Position numbers and translations under genes: made by a program. Positions 1 to 7,402 of a stretch of DNA of 64,000 nucleotides are shown here, in pieces. The notes beneath the pieces are model-generated. The model had not been told where the DNA came from. It did not search any database and saw nothing but the letters and a program-made list of their open reading frames with translations. Location: contig CAAGKF010000073.1 of NCBI GenBank assembly GCA_900770345.1, positions 529-64,528 on the forward strand. The letters run 5' to 3'. How positions within the stretch are numbered: the first letter of the stretch is position 1; every line of letters starts with the position of its first letter. This DNA is from Lachnospiraceae bacterium. Lineage in GTDB: Bacteria > Bacillota > Clostridia > Lachnospirales > Lachnospiraceae.

Positions 1-2099
1 TTTTTCAGCCGGATCCTGATATATTCTCCTTTTATCTCCTTCAGGATCACCGTTTTTCCGTAAACAGGCACCCCATGACATGTATACATTTTTCCGCCTC
101 TGAAGGTTTCCCTGTTCCACACCAGAATGGTCTGCTTCTGTCCTTTTGCTCCGCGGATGTCCCAGGCTGTCACTGTCTGACCGGATACCGGCTCTTTCCT
201 TCCGAACTGAAACACCTCTGCCGGTTCTGCCTCTGTTCCTTCCGCCGCAAAGATTACAGAAAAGGTCATTCTGTCCTCCATTGCACATTCCTTCACCAGT
301 ACATAGGCTTCTGTTTTTTCATTATATCGTTTGGATATTATTCCTCTCTCCGTTTTCAACGGTTCCTGCGAAAATACATTAAGACGCACATCTCCGTTTT
401 TCAGGATCACTCTGCCCGCCTCTTCCCGCACCTGAACCTGATCATCCAGATGAAAATACTCCCGCAGCTGATGCTTTCCCGGGCAGATTATATCCTGCAC
501 CGTAAGCCATACTCCGACGTCCAGCACAAGTACCCTGCGAAGGATCATATAAGGTGTTCCGTCTCTCAAAATCCCGTGAAAAGGCATTTCCATATAGTGA
601 GCATCCTCCTGCTCCCGAAAATAATTTTTCAGATTTTCTCCGAAACCGGCATATGTCCAGGAACCGTCCGGTTCTCCGCCGGACTGCCCGTCGATCACGC
701 ACACATTATGGGCCTGAGGGCTTTTCAGAATGCAGCGCAGCGGCTCATCCTCCCGGTAAGAGTAGCGTCCGCTGTCTATAAGAAAAGGACGTCCTTTATG
801 ATACAGACACAGCTGTGTCTGATCTGCATGACCATGCCCGCTTCCCAGAGGCCCGTTGGTCATCCATGTAAAATCCGCAGTCTCCGTCCAGCTGTTCCGG
901 AGGTACAGATTCCCGCTGTCCTCACAGTACCAGCTGAGCTGCTCCGGAAGCATGGGCTCCAGAGCTTCATAGATCCGTATTCCGGGTGCTCCCAAAAGCC
1001 ACGCACTGGCCATATCCATATGTTCCCCGCCCGCGAAACGATAAACGCCGCCCTGATTCGAAAACAACTCAGCAAGCACCGCTGCCCTCACCATTACGTC
1101 TCTCGTATCTGTGACATCACTGTCGCACTGCGGCAGCTGCATGCGGGCCGGGTCTGAACTGTAAAGCACATGACGGCTCATGACGAGCACTGCTCTGACC
1201 AGCCACCCTTCTCCCTGCTTCCCGCTCTGCTCTGAGTCTTTTTTTCCGACGGCATATTCCGCGCAGGCTACCGGCCGTATTCCGGATTTTTCCGCCTGCA
1301 ACGCGAAAACCAGCAATCCGGCGCATGCATTCAGCACCTCCGCATGATACATAGCCGACTGTTCCCAGTGAGAACCGTCCTCCAGAATCTGAAGCTCCAG
1401 CTGTTCTTTCAGCTCCTTCCAGGCCCATTCCTCCAGGCCGCGTTCCGGAAGAAATTCCCTGAACCAGAGATAACCGGCGCAGACAGCGGCAGTCTGAAGT
1501 ATTCCCCAGTTGCTGAGAGTATATTTCCCGATATATCGCTTCCGCAGGTTTTCAAACTGCCGTCCCATATTTTCCAGTAGTCTTTCCGCTTCCCCACGAT
1601 CCATAAAGCCTGTTCCGATCAGATTGAGCAGCAGGCCGCACCAGTTAAAGCAGCGGATGCCGGTATCGATCGTCCTGGTGGCCTCTGTCCCCTGATCGGT
1701 GATGGGATTTTTCTCTGTCCAGTCAGAAAGATACCAGCGGAGCTTGTCAATGTAATCCGTCTTTCCCGTCAGAGCATACGCCTGCCACAGCTTGGGAAGA
1801 AAATCATGACGGTTCAGCATATATACCCACTCCGGATCACCGTTGGGACTGACTGTCCAGCTGTCCAGTTTCATGAAATAAGGCGTTCTGCAGGGCTCCA
1901 TATCCCATCTGTCCCGAAAGAAAAACGTCTGCTCCATCAGAAGCTCTGCCTGATGAAGCAGCATCTCCTTCTCCTGTCTGCAATATTTTTCTATATATCC
2001 GGAGATCTCCTGATATCCCAGAAAAGACAAGCGGAACTCCAGCCTGCTTTTCAATGCCGCAAAGCGTTCCTCCGGCTGTTCTTTTATCTCCTGTGCCAT
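1..2099 (-). CDS. Heparinase II/III-family polysaccharide lyase, 3' end truncated by the window edge
   Basis: Absent from the ORF track because its stop lies outside the window. Segments read manually in one minus frame from ATG 2099 (alternative 2114): WDMEPC..SPNGDPEWVYMLNRHDFL, GSGHGHADQTQLCLYHKGRPFLIDSGRYSY, and still open at position 3. Follows PTS IID as in streptococcal GAG clusters. Confidence 0.85.
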   Translation of the reverse strand, partial: MAQEIKEQPEERFAALKSRLEFRLSFLGYQEISGYIEKYCRQEKEMLLHQAELLMEQTFFFRDRWDMEPCRTPYFMKLDSWTVSPNGDPEWVYMLNRHDFLPKLWQAYALTGKTDYIDKLRWYLSDWTEKNPITDQGTEATRTIDTGIRCFNWCGLLLNLIGTGFMDRGEAERLLENMGRQFENLRKRYIGKYTLSNWGILQTAAVCAGYLWFREFLPERGLEEWAWKELKEQLELQILEDGSHWEQSAMYHAEVLNACAGLLVFALQAEKSGIRPVACAEYAVGKKDSEQSGKQGEGWLVRAVLVMSRHVLYSSDPARMQLPQCDSDVTDTRDVMVRAAVLAELFSNQGGVYRFAGGEHMDMASAWLLGAPGIRIYEALEPMLPEQLSWYCEDSGNLYLRNSWTETADFTWMTNGPLGSGHGHADQTQLCLYHKGRPFLIDSGRYSYREDEPLRCILKSPQAHNVCVIDGQSGGEPDGSWTYAGFGENLKNYFREQEDAHYMEMPFHGILRDGTPYMILRRVLVLDVGVWLTVQDIICPGKHQLREYFHLDDQVQVREEAGRVILKNGDVRLNVFSQEPLKTERGIISKRYNEKTEAYVLVKECAMEDRMTFSVIFAAEGTEAEPAEVFQFGRKEPVSGQTVTAWDIRGAKGQKQTILVWNRETFRGGKMYTCHGVPVYGKTVILKEIKGEYIRIRLK

Positions 2100-2173
2100 A
2101 CTTATTATTTTCATCTCCTTTGTCCCATCTCCTGTTTCCGTTTTTCCCGTTTATAATCAGATCTTACCAACGG

Positions 2174-2202
2174 AAAAAGCGGAGGCGCCTTTGCACCCCC
2201 GC
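2174..2202 (-). terminator. Intrinsic terminator between PTS IID and the lyase gene
   Basis: Minus strand GCGGGGGTGC-AAAG-GCGCCTCCGC (two G-U pairs) followed by TTTTT. Confidence 0.6.
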
Positions 2203-2208
2203 TCCGGA

Positions 2209-3018
2209 TTATGCGATCAAATGCAGTACGGATAACACAACTCCAAGGATAATGGTCAGTACCACCAGCTTGTAGGTGCTCCATTTCTTTACCTTGATCA
2301 GGTAGAAGATCAATCCTGTAAACAGCACCGGAAGCAGCTTCGGCGCAATGGCGTCCACCATATCCTGAATAGCCACGATTTTCTGCTGGTTATCCGGCAT
2401 ATTCGCCACATACTGGATCGGCGTTGTGATTTTTACAAAATTTACTGCCAGACCGGAAATGACGGTCACACCGATCATACTGGCGATATTGGATATCATT
2501 TCCATCTTCTCGCTTAAGGTTGCAATGATATTGGTACCCAGCTTGTAGCCCCAGAGTCCGGTCAGCACTTTTACAGCCAGAAGAATCGCGTTCATCGCCA
2601 CAAAGAACAGGACCGGCCCCATGATCATACCGTCCTGAGCCAGAGATGCGCCGATCGTCGCAAACAGAGGAGCCAGACAAAACTGAGCCAGGGAATCGCC
2701 GATACCGGCCAGAGGTCCCATCAATGCCATCTTAATGCTGCGGATCTCCTTGGCAGGAGTCTGATTTTCCAGCATTACCAGATGAAGGCTGGTGATAAAG
2801 GGCACAAAATGGATATTGGTGTTGAAGAATTCGATATTCTCCTTCAGTGCTGCCTGCAGCTGGTCATCATCATCCTTATACATCTTGCGCAGTGCCGGGT
2901 AAAGGATATTGGCATAGCCCAGTCCCTGATAGTTTCCGTAGTTAAAGCCGTTCTGCAGGAAATACGCACGAAGGCTTGTCTTGATATAATCACTCTTTTG
3001 CAGTCTGTTAGATGCCAT
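2209..3018 (-). CDS. PTS mannose/fructose/sorbose family IID component
   Basis: FNYGNYQGLGY, EFFNTN, SIKMALMGPLAGIGDS motifs. ATG 3018 overlaps the IIC stop (ORF track start TTG 3030). Confidence 0.93.
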   Translation of the reverse strand: MASNRLQKSDYIKTSLRAYFLQNGFNYGNYQGLGYANILYPALRKMYKDDDDQLQAALKENIEFFNTNIHFVPFITSLHLVMLENQTPAKEIRSIKMALMGPLAGIGDSLAQFCLAPLFATIGASLAQDGMIMGPVLFFVAMNAILLAVKVLTGLWGYKLGTNIIATLSEKMEMISNIASMIGVTVISGLAVNFVKITTPIQYVANMPDNQQKIVAIQDMVDAIAPKLLPVLFTGLIFYLIKVKKWSTYKLVVLTIILGVVLSVLHLIA

Positions 3019-3796
3019 CTTCAAATTCAACCTCCACTTCTTCTACCGAATTGCTTCCGCCCTTGCCTGCATGGAAGAATACCAGCAGCGCAATTGCTGT
3101 TCCAAGTACCGCTACCCCCATAACCGGAAGACTTAAGTATGCGATCGCGATATAACCAAGGAGTACAAAAGGAATCAGTTCCTTCTTTGCCATTACATTC
3201 AAGATCATGGCAAAGCCGATAGCCGGCAGCATCTTTCCTGCCACTCCCAGACCTGTGCTGAGCCATCCCGGGATAAAGGAGATCAGCTTCTGCAGTCCCT
3301 CAGAGCTGAAGGCTCCTCCGAAGCCGATCAGGAAGCCTACCGCCGCAAATACCCAGATGGTAGCATTGGCCGCAATACGGAAAGTTTTGAAATCCTTACG
3401 ATCCAGCGCCTTATAGGCTGTACCGGTAAGTGTAGTTGCAAATGTATAGGTAGCAGTGATAACAAACTGGAATGCCACCGCAAAGGGGAAAGATAATGCC
3501 AGAGCGGATCCTACATCAATACCGGAATCCTTCATTGTGATGGCAATGATGGTGCCCACAATTCCGGGGCCCATAGGGTTAGGCGGTACAGATCCTCCCT
3601 GAGATACGCCGAAGCCCATAAATGCCAGTTCACCTACAGCTCCCATTGCCAGGCCTGTGGGAAGATCTCCCAGGATAATACCCACGCCCGTTGCCATGAT
3701 CAGACAGCGGTTGGTATAAATACCGAACAGCATGCCTGCCAGACAGAATCCGCTCCAAAGACCGATTAACACACATTGAACTAAACTGATCGTCAC
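3008..3796 (-). CDS. PTS mannose/fructose/sorbose family IIC component
   Basis: Hydrophobic; GIILGDLPTGLAMGAVGEL, GGSVPPN, LPAIGFAMIL; GTG start with AGGAGGAG RBS. Confidence 0.93.
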   Translation of the reverse strand: MTISLVQCVLIGLWSGFCLAGMLFGIYTNRCLIMATGVGIILGDLPTGLAMGAVGELAFMGFGVSQGGSVPPNPMGPGIVGTIIAITMKDSGIDVGSALALSFPFAVAFQFVITATYTFATTLTGTAYKALDRKDFKTFRIAANATIWVFAAVGFLIGFGGAFSSEGLQKLISFIPGWLSTGLGVAGKMLPAIGFAMILNVMAKKELIPFVLLGYIAIAYLSLPVMGVAVLGTAIALLVFFHAGKGGSNSVEEVEVEFEDGI

Positions 3797-3809
3797 GACT
3801 GTCTCCTCC

Positions 3810-4301
3810 TTAATCTAAGTATTTGTTCAGATCTACCTTTGCGGCGCCGTCATCGCCGGACGCGGTAGTCTTAGTATTGAACACAATGCCGTACTTATCC
3901 CTGAGCTCCTTTAAAGCTGCCTTGTCCTCAGGTCCCAGGGCAATATATTTGCTGATCTCCTCTTTGCCGGGAGCACGATGGATATTTCCCACGTTGATCT
4001 CCTTTACGGGAACACCGCCCGCCACCAGCTTCAGAGCGTCCTCTGTAGTCTTGCACACAATGAAAATAGACTGCTTCGGTGATGCCTTCATGATCACATC
4101 GCAGGTGTGCTGCACAGAAAAGAAACGCATGGCGATGGATTTGGGCACAACTGCCTTCATCAGCGTCTGCTGCATGGGATCTTCACTGGCGGAATCGTTT
4201 GCCACAATCACCGTATTCACGCCCAGTGCCTTGATCCAAAGCTGTCCCTGTCCGTGGATCAGGCGTTCATCAATTCGAAAAGCTACAATATTTGGTACCA
4301 T
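3810..4301 (-). CDS. PTS mannose/fructose/sorbose family IIB component
   Basis: RIDERLIHGQ phospho-His motif; VANDS; INVGN. Confidence 0.95.
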   Translation of the reverse strand: MVPNIVAFRIDERLIHGQGQLWIKALGVNTVIVANDSASEDPMQQTLMKAVVPKSIAMRFFSVQHTCDVIMKASPKQSIFIVCKTTEDALKLVAGGVPVKEINVGNIHRAPGKEEISKYIALGPEDKAALKELRDKYGIVFNTKTTASGDDGAAKVDLNKYLD

Positions 4302-4349
4302 ACCATATCCTCCTGTTATTTATAATTATTTAAAAATTACTTTTATTGC

Positions 4350-5540
4350 TTACCAATACAGATTCCAGTCTCTGCGGAAACGCATCAGCGCTTCCATATA
4401 ATAATAATCTCCCCATATATTTCCTTCATCCACACCCTTGCCGGAATGCCAGGAATATACTCCGTGATAAAGGACAGGATTTCCCGGCTTTACTTCGCTG
4501 CCTGCATAATTTTCTATAAGAGAGCGAAGAATCCGATGCATCGCAAAACGGTAAACCGTTTTTTCCGGATCAACCTCCGGCAGATATTTCTCCATTTCAT
4601 GAATGCCGCAGACAGCCACAGCCGCTGCCGAAGAGTCGCGGGACTGACCGGAGCCGTCACTGAAGATCAGATCCCAGTAGCACACATCATCTTCCGGAAG
4701 ACGGTTTAAAAAGTAATTTGTCATCCCTTTAAAGAGATTGACGGAAACAGGATTGTGGTTTTCCCTGTAATTCAGCGGAATTCCGTAAACACCCCAGGCC
4801 TGCCCTCTGGCCCATGCAGAATCATCACTGTATCCCTGGCGTGTCACGCCCTTTACCGGATCTCCTGTTTCCGGATCAAAGTAAAAGGTATGAAAGGCGG
4901 ATGCATCATCCCGGATCACGTAATTGCAGGCTTTCTCATAATGACGCTCCGCAGCTGTCCGGTATTTTTGATCTCCGGTAACCTCAGAAGCCCAGTACAG
5001 AAGCGGAATATTCATAAGACAGTCAATGATCAGACGGTAATTATCCTTCGCTCCCAGCTCTCCCCAGGCCTGGATGAAGCCGTCCCTCTCTCTGAATCGT
5101 TCCATCAGCTTATCTGCAGCCAGAATGCCCGCTTTTCTGGCTTTTTCCGATCCTGTCAGTTTATAGCCTGCCACACAGGAAAGAGAATAGAGAAATCCCA
5201 GATCGTGATGGTCCAGCTCAATCCTCTTTTCCACTCTGTTTAAAAAGGAATCCACATTTTCTTCCGCTCTCTGTCTGAAAACCGGATCTCCGGTGTATTC
5301 ATAGCAAAGCCACAGCAGTCCCGTCCAGAATCCATCAGTCCACTCAATATTGTCGATCACTCCGTAAACCTGCTCTTTGGTGGCCGGAGTCGGAAATCTT
5401 TTGCCGAAGTAATCCAGATTTACCCTTGTCTGCTCCACCACATAATCCATCGCCTTTTCCACTTCTTCTTTGGTAAGAAGGGCCGTCTCCAGATATTTTT
5501 CACGGAAACGGATTGGTTCTACCTGAATCGTTTTTATCAT
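4350..5540 (-). CDS. ugl: Unsaturated glucuronyl hydrolase (GH88)
   Basis: WTDGFWTGLLW, DHHDLGFLY, IIDCLMN, WARGQAWG, DSSAAA, IWGDYYY motifs. Confidence 0.93.
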   Translation of the reverse strand: MIKTIQVEPIRFREKYLETALLTKEEVEKAMDYVVEQTRVNLDYFGKRFPTPATKEQVYGVIDNIEWTDGFWTGLLWLCYEYTGDPVFRQRAEENVDSFLNRVEKRIELDHHDLGFLYSLSCVAGYKLTGSEKARKAGILAADKLMERFRERDGFIQAWGELGAKDNYRLIIDCLMNIPLLYWASEVTGDQKYRTAAERHYEKACNYVIRDDASAFHTFYFDPETGDPVKGVTRQGYSDDSAWARGQAWGVYGIPLNYRENHNPVSVNLFKGMTNYFLNRLPEDDVCYWDLIFSDGSGQSRDSSAAAVAVCGIHEMEKYLPEVDPEKTVYRFAMHRILRSLIENYAGSEVKPGNPVLYHGVYSWHSGKGVDEGNIWGDYYYMEALMRFRRDWNLYW

Positions 5541-5565
5541 GATTATCTCCCCATTTTACTGAATC

Positions 5566-6000
5566 CTACAGTCCGCCTTCAAACTGCGGCTCTTCCTCAT
5601 CATTTCCCAGCTGATCAAAGTCCACAACACCATTTGCTCCTGCTGCGGCCGCCATCGATGCCAGATCATCCAGTCCGGCTGCCATTCTGGAAAATACAGC
5701 CTCTACCACCACCGGCATATTTGTTCCGGCGATCAGGCGGATGTGTTTTCCGCTCATTTCCTGCTTTAATGCCGCTGCCGTATTGAACGGTGTTCCTCCC
5801 ACCAAATCTGCCAGGATCAGGATCTCATTCCCTTCCAGAGATTCCACAGCGGCTGTCATAGCCTCCTTCAGATCTGCTGAGCTCTGTCCGGCCTCAAAGT
5901 CCACACATACCACCTGCTCAGGCTTTCCGGCTACCAGCTCCACAGCACTTAAAATTCCGCTTGGAAAATGACCGTGACCCGTAATAACAATTCCTACCAT
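5566..6000 (-). CDS. PTS mannose/fructose/sorbose family IIA component
   Basis: ITGHGHF phospho-His; DLVGGTPFN; GTNMP. Confidence 0.93.
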   Translation of the reverse strand: MVGIVITGHGHFPSGILSAVELVAGKPEQVVCVDFEAGQSSADLKEAMTAAVESLEGNEILILADLVGGTPFNTAAALKQEMSGKHIRLIAGTNMPVVVEAVFSRMAAGLDDLASMAAAAGANGVVDFDQLGNDEEEPQFEGGL

Positions 6001-6021
6001 ACCTGCTCTCCTTTTGTTTTT

Positions 6022-6037
6022 AGTAAACTGATTTACT
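6022..6037. promoter_or_regulatory. Palindromic operator just downstream of the GAG-operon promoter (LacI-family-like)
   Basis: AGTAAA-CTGA-TTTACT dyad lying between the -10 box and the RBS. Confidence 0.65.
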
Positions 6038-6046
6038 TACGAGGTG

Positions 6047-6075
6047 AGTATAGCTAATATGCCAAGAACTGTCAA
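6047..6075 (-). promoter_or_regulatory. SigA promoter of the GAG operon
   Basis: TTGACA(6075-6070)-N17-TATACT(6052-6047), with an AT-rich UP region upstream. Confidence 0.8.
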
Positions 6076-6215
6076 TGGTATTTTTTAAAAAAAGCTTAAT
6101 TTTGTTATATTTATATAATTTATCTTAATTTTATTGTGCACTATGTCTATTTTAATTGTGTGTCATTTATTGAATACGTATGAATTGTTCGTGTTGTATA
6201 TTCAATTCAAAATTC

Positions 6216-6312
6216 AGTAAACATCCACGGTTTACCAGGCTGTGGATCTGTTTACTTTAAAAATGTTTACTCATCATGTTTACTTTATCCGGTTTACTCC
6301 CTCCGTTTAACT
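6216..6312. repeat. Array of GTTTAC(T) motifs
   Basis: GTTTAC at 6230, 6250, 6265, 6278, 6292, variant GTTTAAC at 6305, inverted copy AGTAAAC at 6216. Confidence 0.7.
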
Positions 6313-6362
6313 CCTGCACACAGTGAAATGCCTGCATACTGAGGCTGCTCCCCCACAAAACT

Positions 6363-6405
6363 AAAAATGGAGAATGTACAGTTCAGGAAACCATACATTC
6401 TCCAT
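6363..6405 (-). terminator. Intrinsic terminator after ogt
   Basis: 12-bp inverted repeat ATGGAGAATGTA/TACATTCTCCAT followed by a T run on the minus strand. Confidence 0.7.
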
Positions 6406-6420
6406 CATTTTTCATAACGC
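6402..6420. repeat. Direct repeat copy B flanking the ogt cassette
   Basis: CCATCATTTTTCATAACGC; matches 7023-7039 except for two extra T. Confidence 0.7.
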
Positions 6421-6951
6421 TGTTCCTTTTGCCGGGATAAAAAATTTTCTCATATCATTTCCCTCAAGCCTCAGAAGCGCAGCTTTATTCTTTATTCCTC
6501 CGCCGTAACCTGTCAGATTTCCCTTTGCGCCTACAACCCTGTGGCAGGGAATGATGATACAAATGGGATTCCATCCCACTGCGCCCCCGACAGCCTGGGC
6601 AGACATTCGTTTTATTCCACGGCTTCGGGCAATGATTTTTGAAATATCATTGTACATCAAAGTCCCGCCGAAAGGGATCGTATTCATGACATTCACTACC
6701 TCCTGCCGAAAAGGAGTCAGCTCCTTTATTTTATATTCCGGAGTAAACTCCGGATCTCTTCCGCTGAAATAAATATCAAGCCACCTGACAGTCTCCTCAA
6801 AAACCGGCAGTTCCTTTTCTTCGCAGTCCGTTACATGTTTTGAAACATCTCTTGAACCTTCAAACCACAGACCGGTCAGATACCTGCCGTCGCTGTTCAT
6901 AATCATATTATCAAAACTGTCAGGCGTCCTGTATGTCCATTTATATGTCAT
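6412..6951 (-). CDS. ogt: Methylated-DNA--protein-cysteine S-methyltransferase
   Basis: MTYKWTYRTP start with ACAGGAG RBS; AQAVGGAVGWNP and IPCHRVV active site; own promoter. It is the C-terminal part of the 6412..7323 ORF. Confidence 0.92.
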   Translation of the reverse strand: MTYKWTYRTPDSFDNMIMNSDGRYLTGLWFEGSRDVSKHVTDCEEKELPVFEETVRWLDIYFSGRDPEFTPEYKIKELTPFRQEVVNVMNTIPFGGTLMYNDISKIIARSRGIKRMSAQAVGGAVGWNPICIIIPCHRVVGAKGNLTGYGGGIKNKAALLRLEGNDMRKFFIPAKGTAL

Positions 6952-6987
6952 GGGATCATCTCCTGTAAAAATTGCTTTTCTCTGTTC

Positions 6988-7016
6988 ATTATACACAGAA
7001 TCTGCCGAAAACTCAA
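6988..7016 (-). promoter_or_regulatory. SigA promoter of ogt
   Basis: TTGAGT(7016-7011)-N17-TATAAT(6993-6988). Confidence 0.7.
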
Positions 7017-7022
7017 CGGCCG

Positions 7023-7039
7023 CCATCATTTCATAACGC
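7023..7039. repeat. Direct repeat copy A flanking the ogt cassette
   Basis: CCATCATTTCATAACGC; partner at 6402-6420. Confidence 0.7.
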
Positions 7040-7042
7040 ATC

Positions 7043-7068
7043 TGTGATAGGATAGCATTTTCTACACA
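7043..7068. mobile_element. Putative attachment junction of a skin-like sigK-intervening element (element extends leftward)
   Basis: SigK similarity breaks right after GAAAATG (E-N codons, 7062-7056). Imperfect dyad TGTGATAG(7043-7050)/CTACACA(7062-7068) around the break. No recombinase in the window. Confidence 0.55.
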
Positions 7069-7323
7069 TCTGGCCGCATAGGTCGCCAGTCTGGAGCCTT
7101 TATCCGCGTTAAAGGTATTCACTGCCTTGATGAGGCCGATGGTCCCAACCGAAAGCAGATCCTCCATTTCGTAATCCGAGCCCTGATATTTTTTTACTAC
7201 ATGGGCCACCAGGCGCATATTATGCTCTACCAGCATATTTCTGGCCAGAAGGTCGCCCTCTTTGCAGCGTTCCAGATACTCCTTCTCTTCTCCTGCGGAC
7301 AATGGTTTGGGAAAAGTCTTCAA
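7056..7323 (-). CDS. sigK: 5' half of split sporulation sigma factor SigK (regions 1.2-2; spoIVCB-equivalent)
   Basis: MKTFPKPLS..ARNMLVEHNMRLVAHVVKKY..EDLLSVGTIGLIKAVNTF..KGSRLATYAARCVEN, then diverges from the expected EILM.LR. Regions 3-4 are absent. TTG start. Confidence 0.88.
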
Positions 7324-7326
7324 AGA

Positions 7327-7381
7327 AAGCCACCCTGCATCTTCTTAATTTCATTCTATGCCCGGGTGGCTTGACAGGTGC
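7327..7381 (-). promoter_or_regulatory. Mother-cell (SigE/SigK-type) promoter of sigK embedded in an RBS-covering hairpin
   Basis: -10 CATAGAAT (7360-7353) with GCAC 17 nt upstream; inverted repeat AAGCCACCC(7327-7335)/GGGTGGCTT(7364-7372). Confidence 0.55.
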
Positions 7382-7402
7382 TTTTACTATTTTTATGGCT
7401 AT

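Noticed and set aside
75..1157. 360-aa plus-strand ORF
   Set aside because: Antisense shadow of the minus-strand heparinase-family gene; no recognisable motifs.
6216..6312. Possible CRISPR or iteron array
   Set aside because: Repeats are only 6-7 bp with 6-14-bp gaps; no cas or rep gene nearby.
6400..7045. Integron attC sites (GCGTTAT resembles a GTTRRRY core)
   Set aside because: No RYYYAAC-GTTRRRY paired attC stem flanks the gene and no integron integrase is present.
1..7056. sigK 3' half, recombinase or phage genes
   Set aside because: No sigma region 3/4, serine or tyrosine recombinase, or phage-like ORF was found in the window.
6412..7323. Single 303-aa sigma factor gene as given by the ORF track
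   Set aside because: It is a SigK 5' fragment plus a separate ogt with its own promoter and RBS; the fusion is kept only as a hypothesis.
7326..7340. AGGGTGG resembling a T-box
   Set aside because: Lacks the following NACCGCG and stem I; it is the sigK RBS and hairpin arm.
7371..7400. Plus-strand TTGACA promoter antisense to the LTA synthase gene
   Set aside because: No convincing -10 at 16-18 bp.
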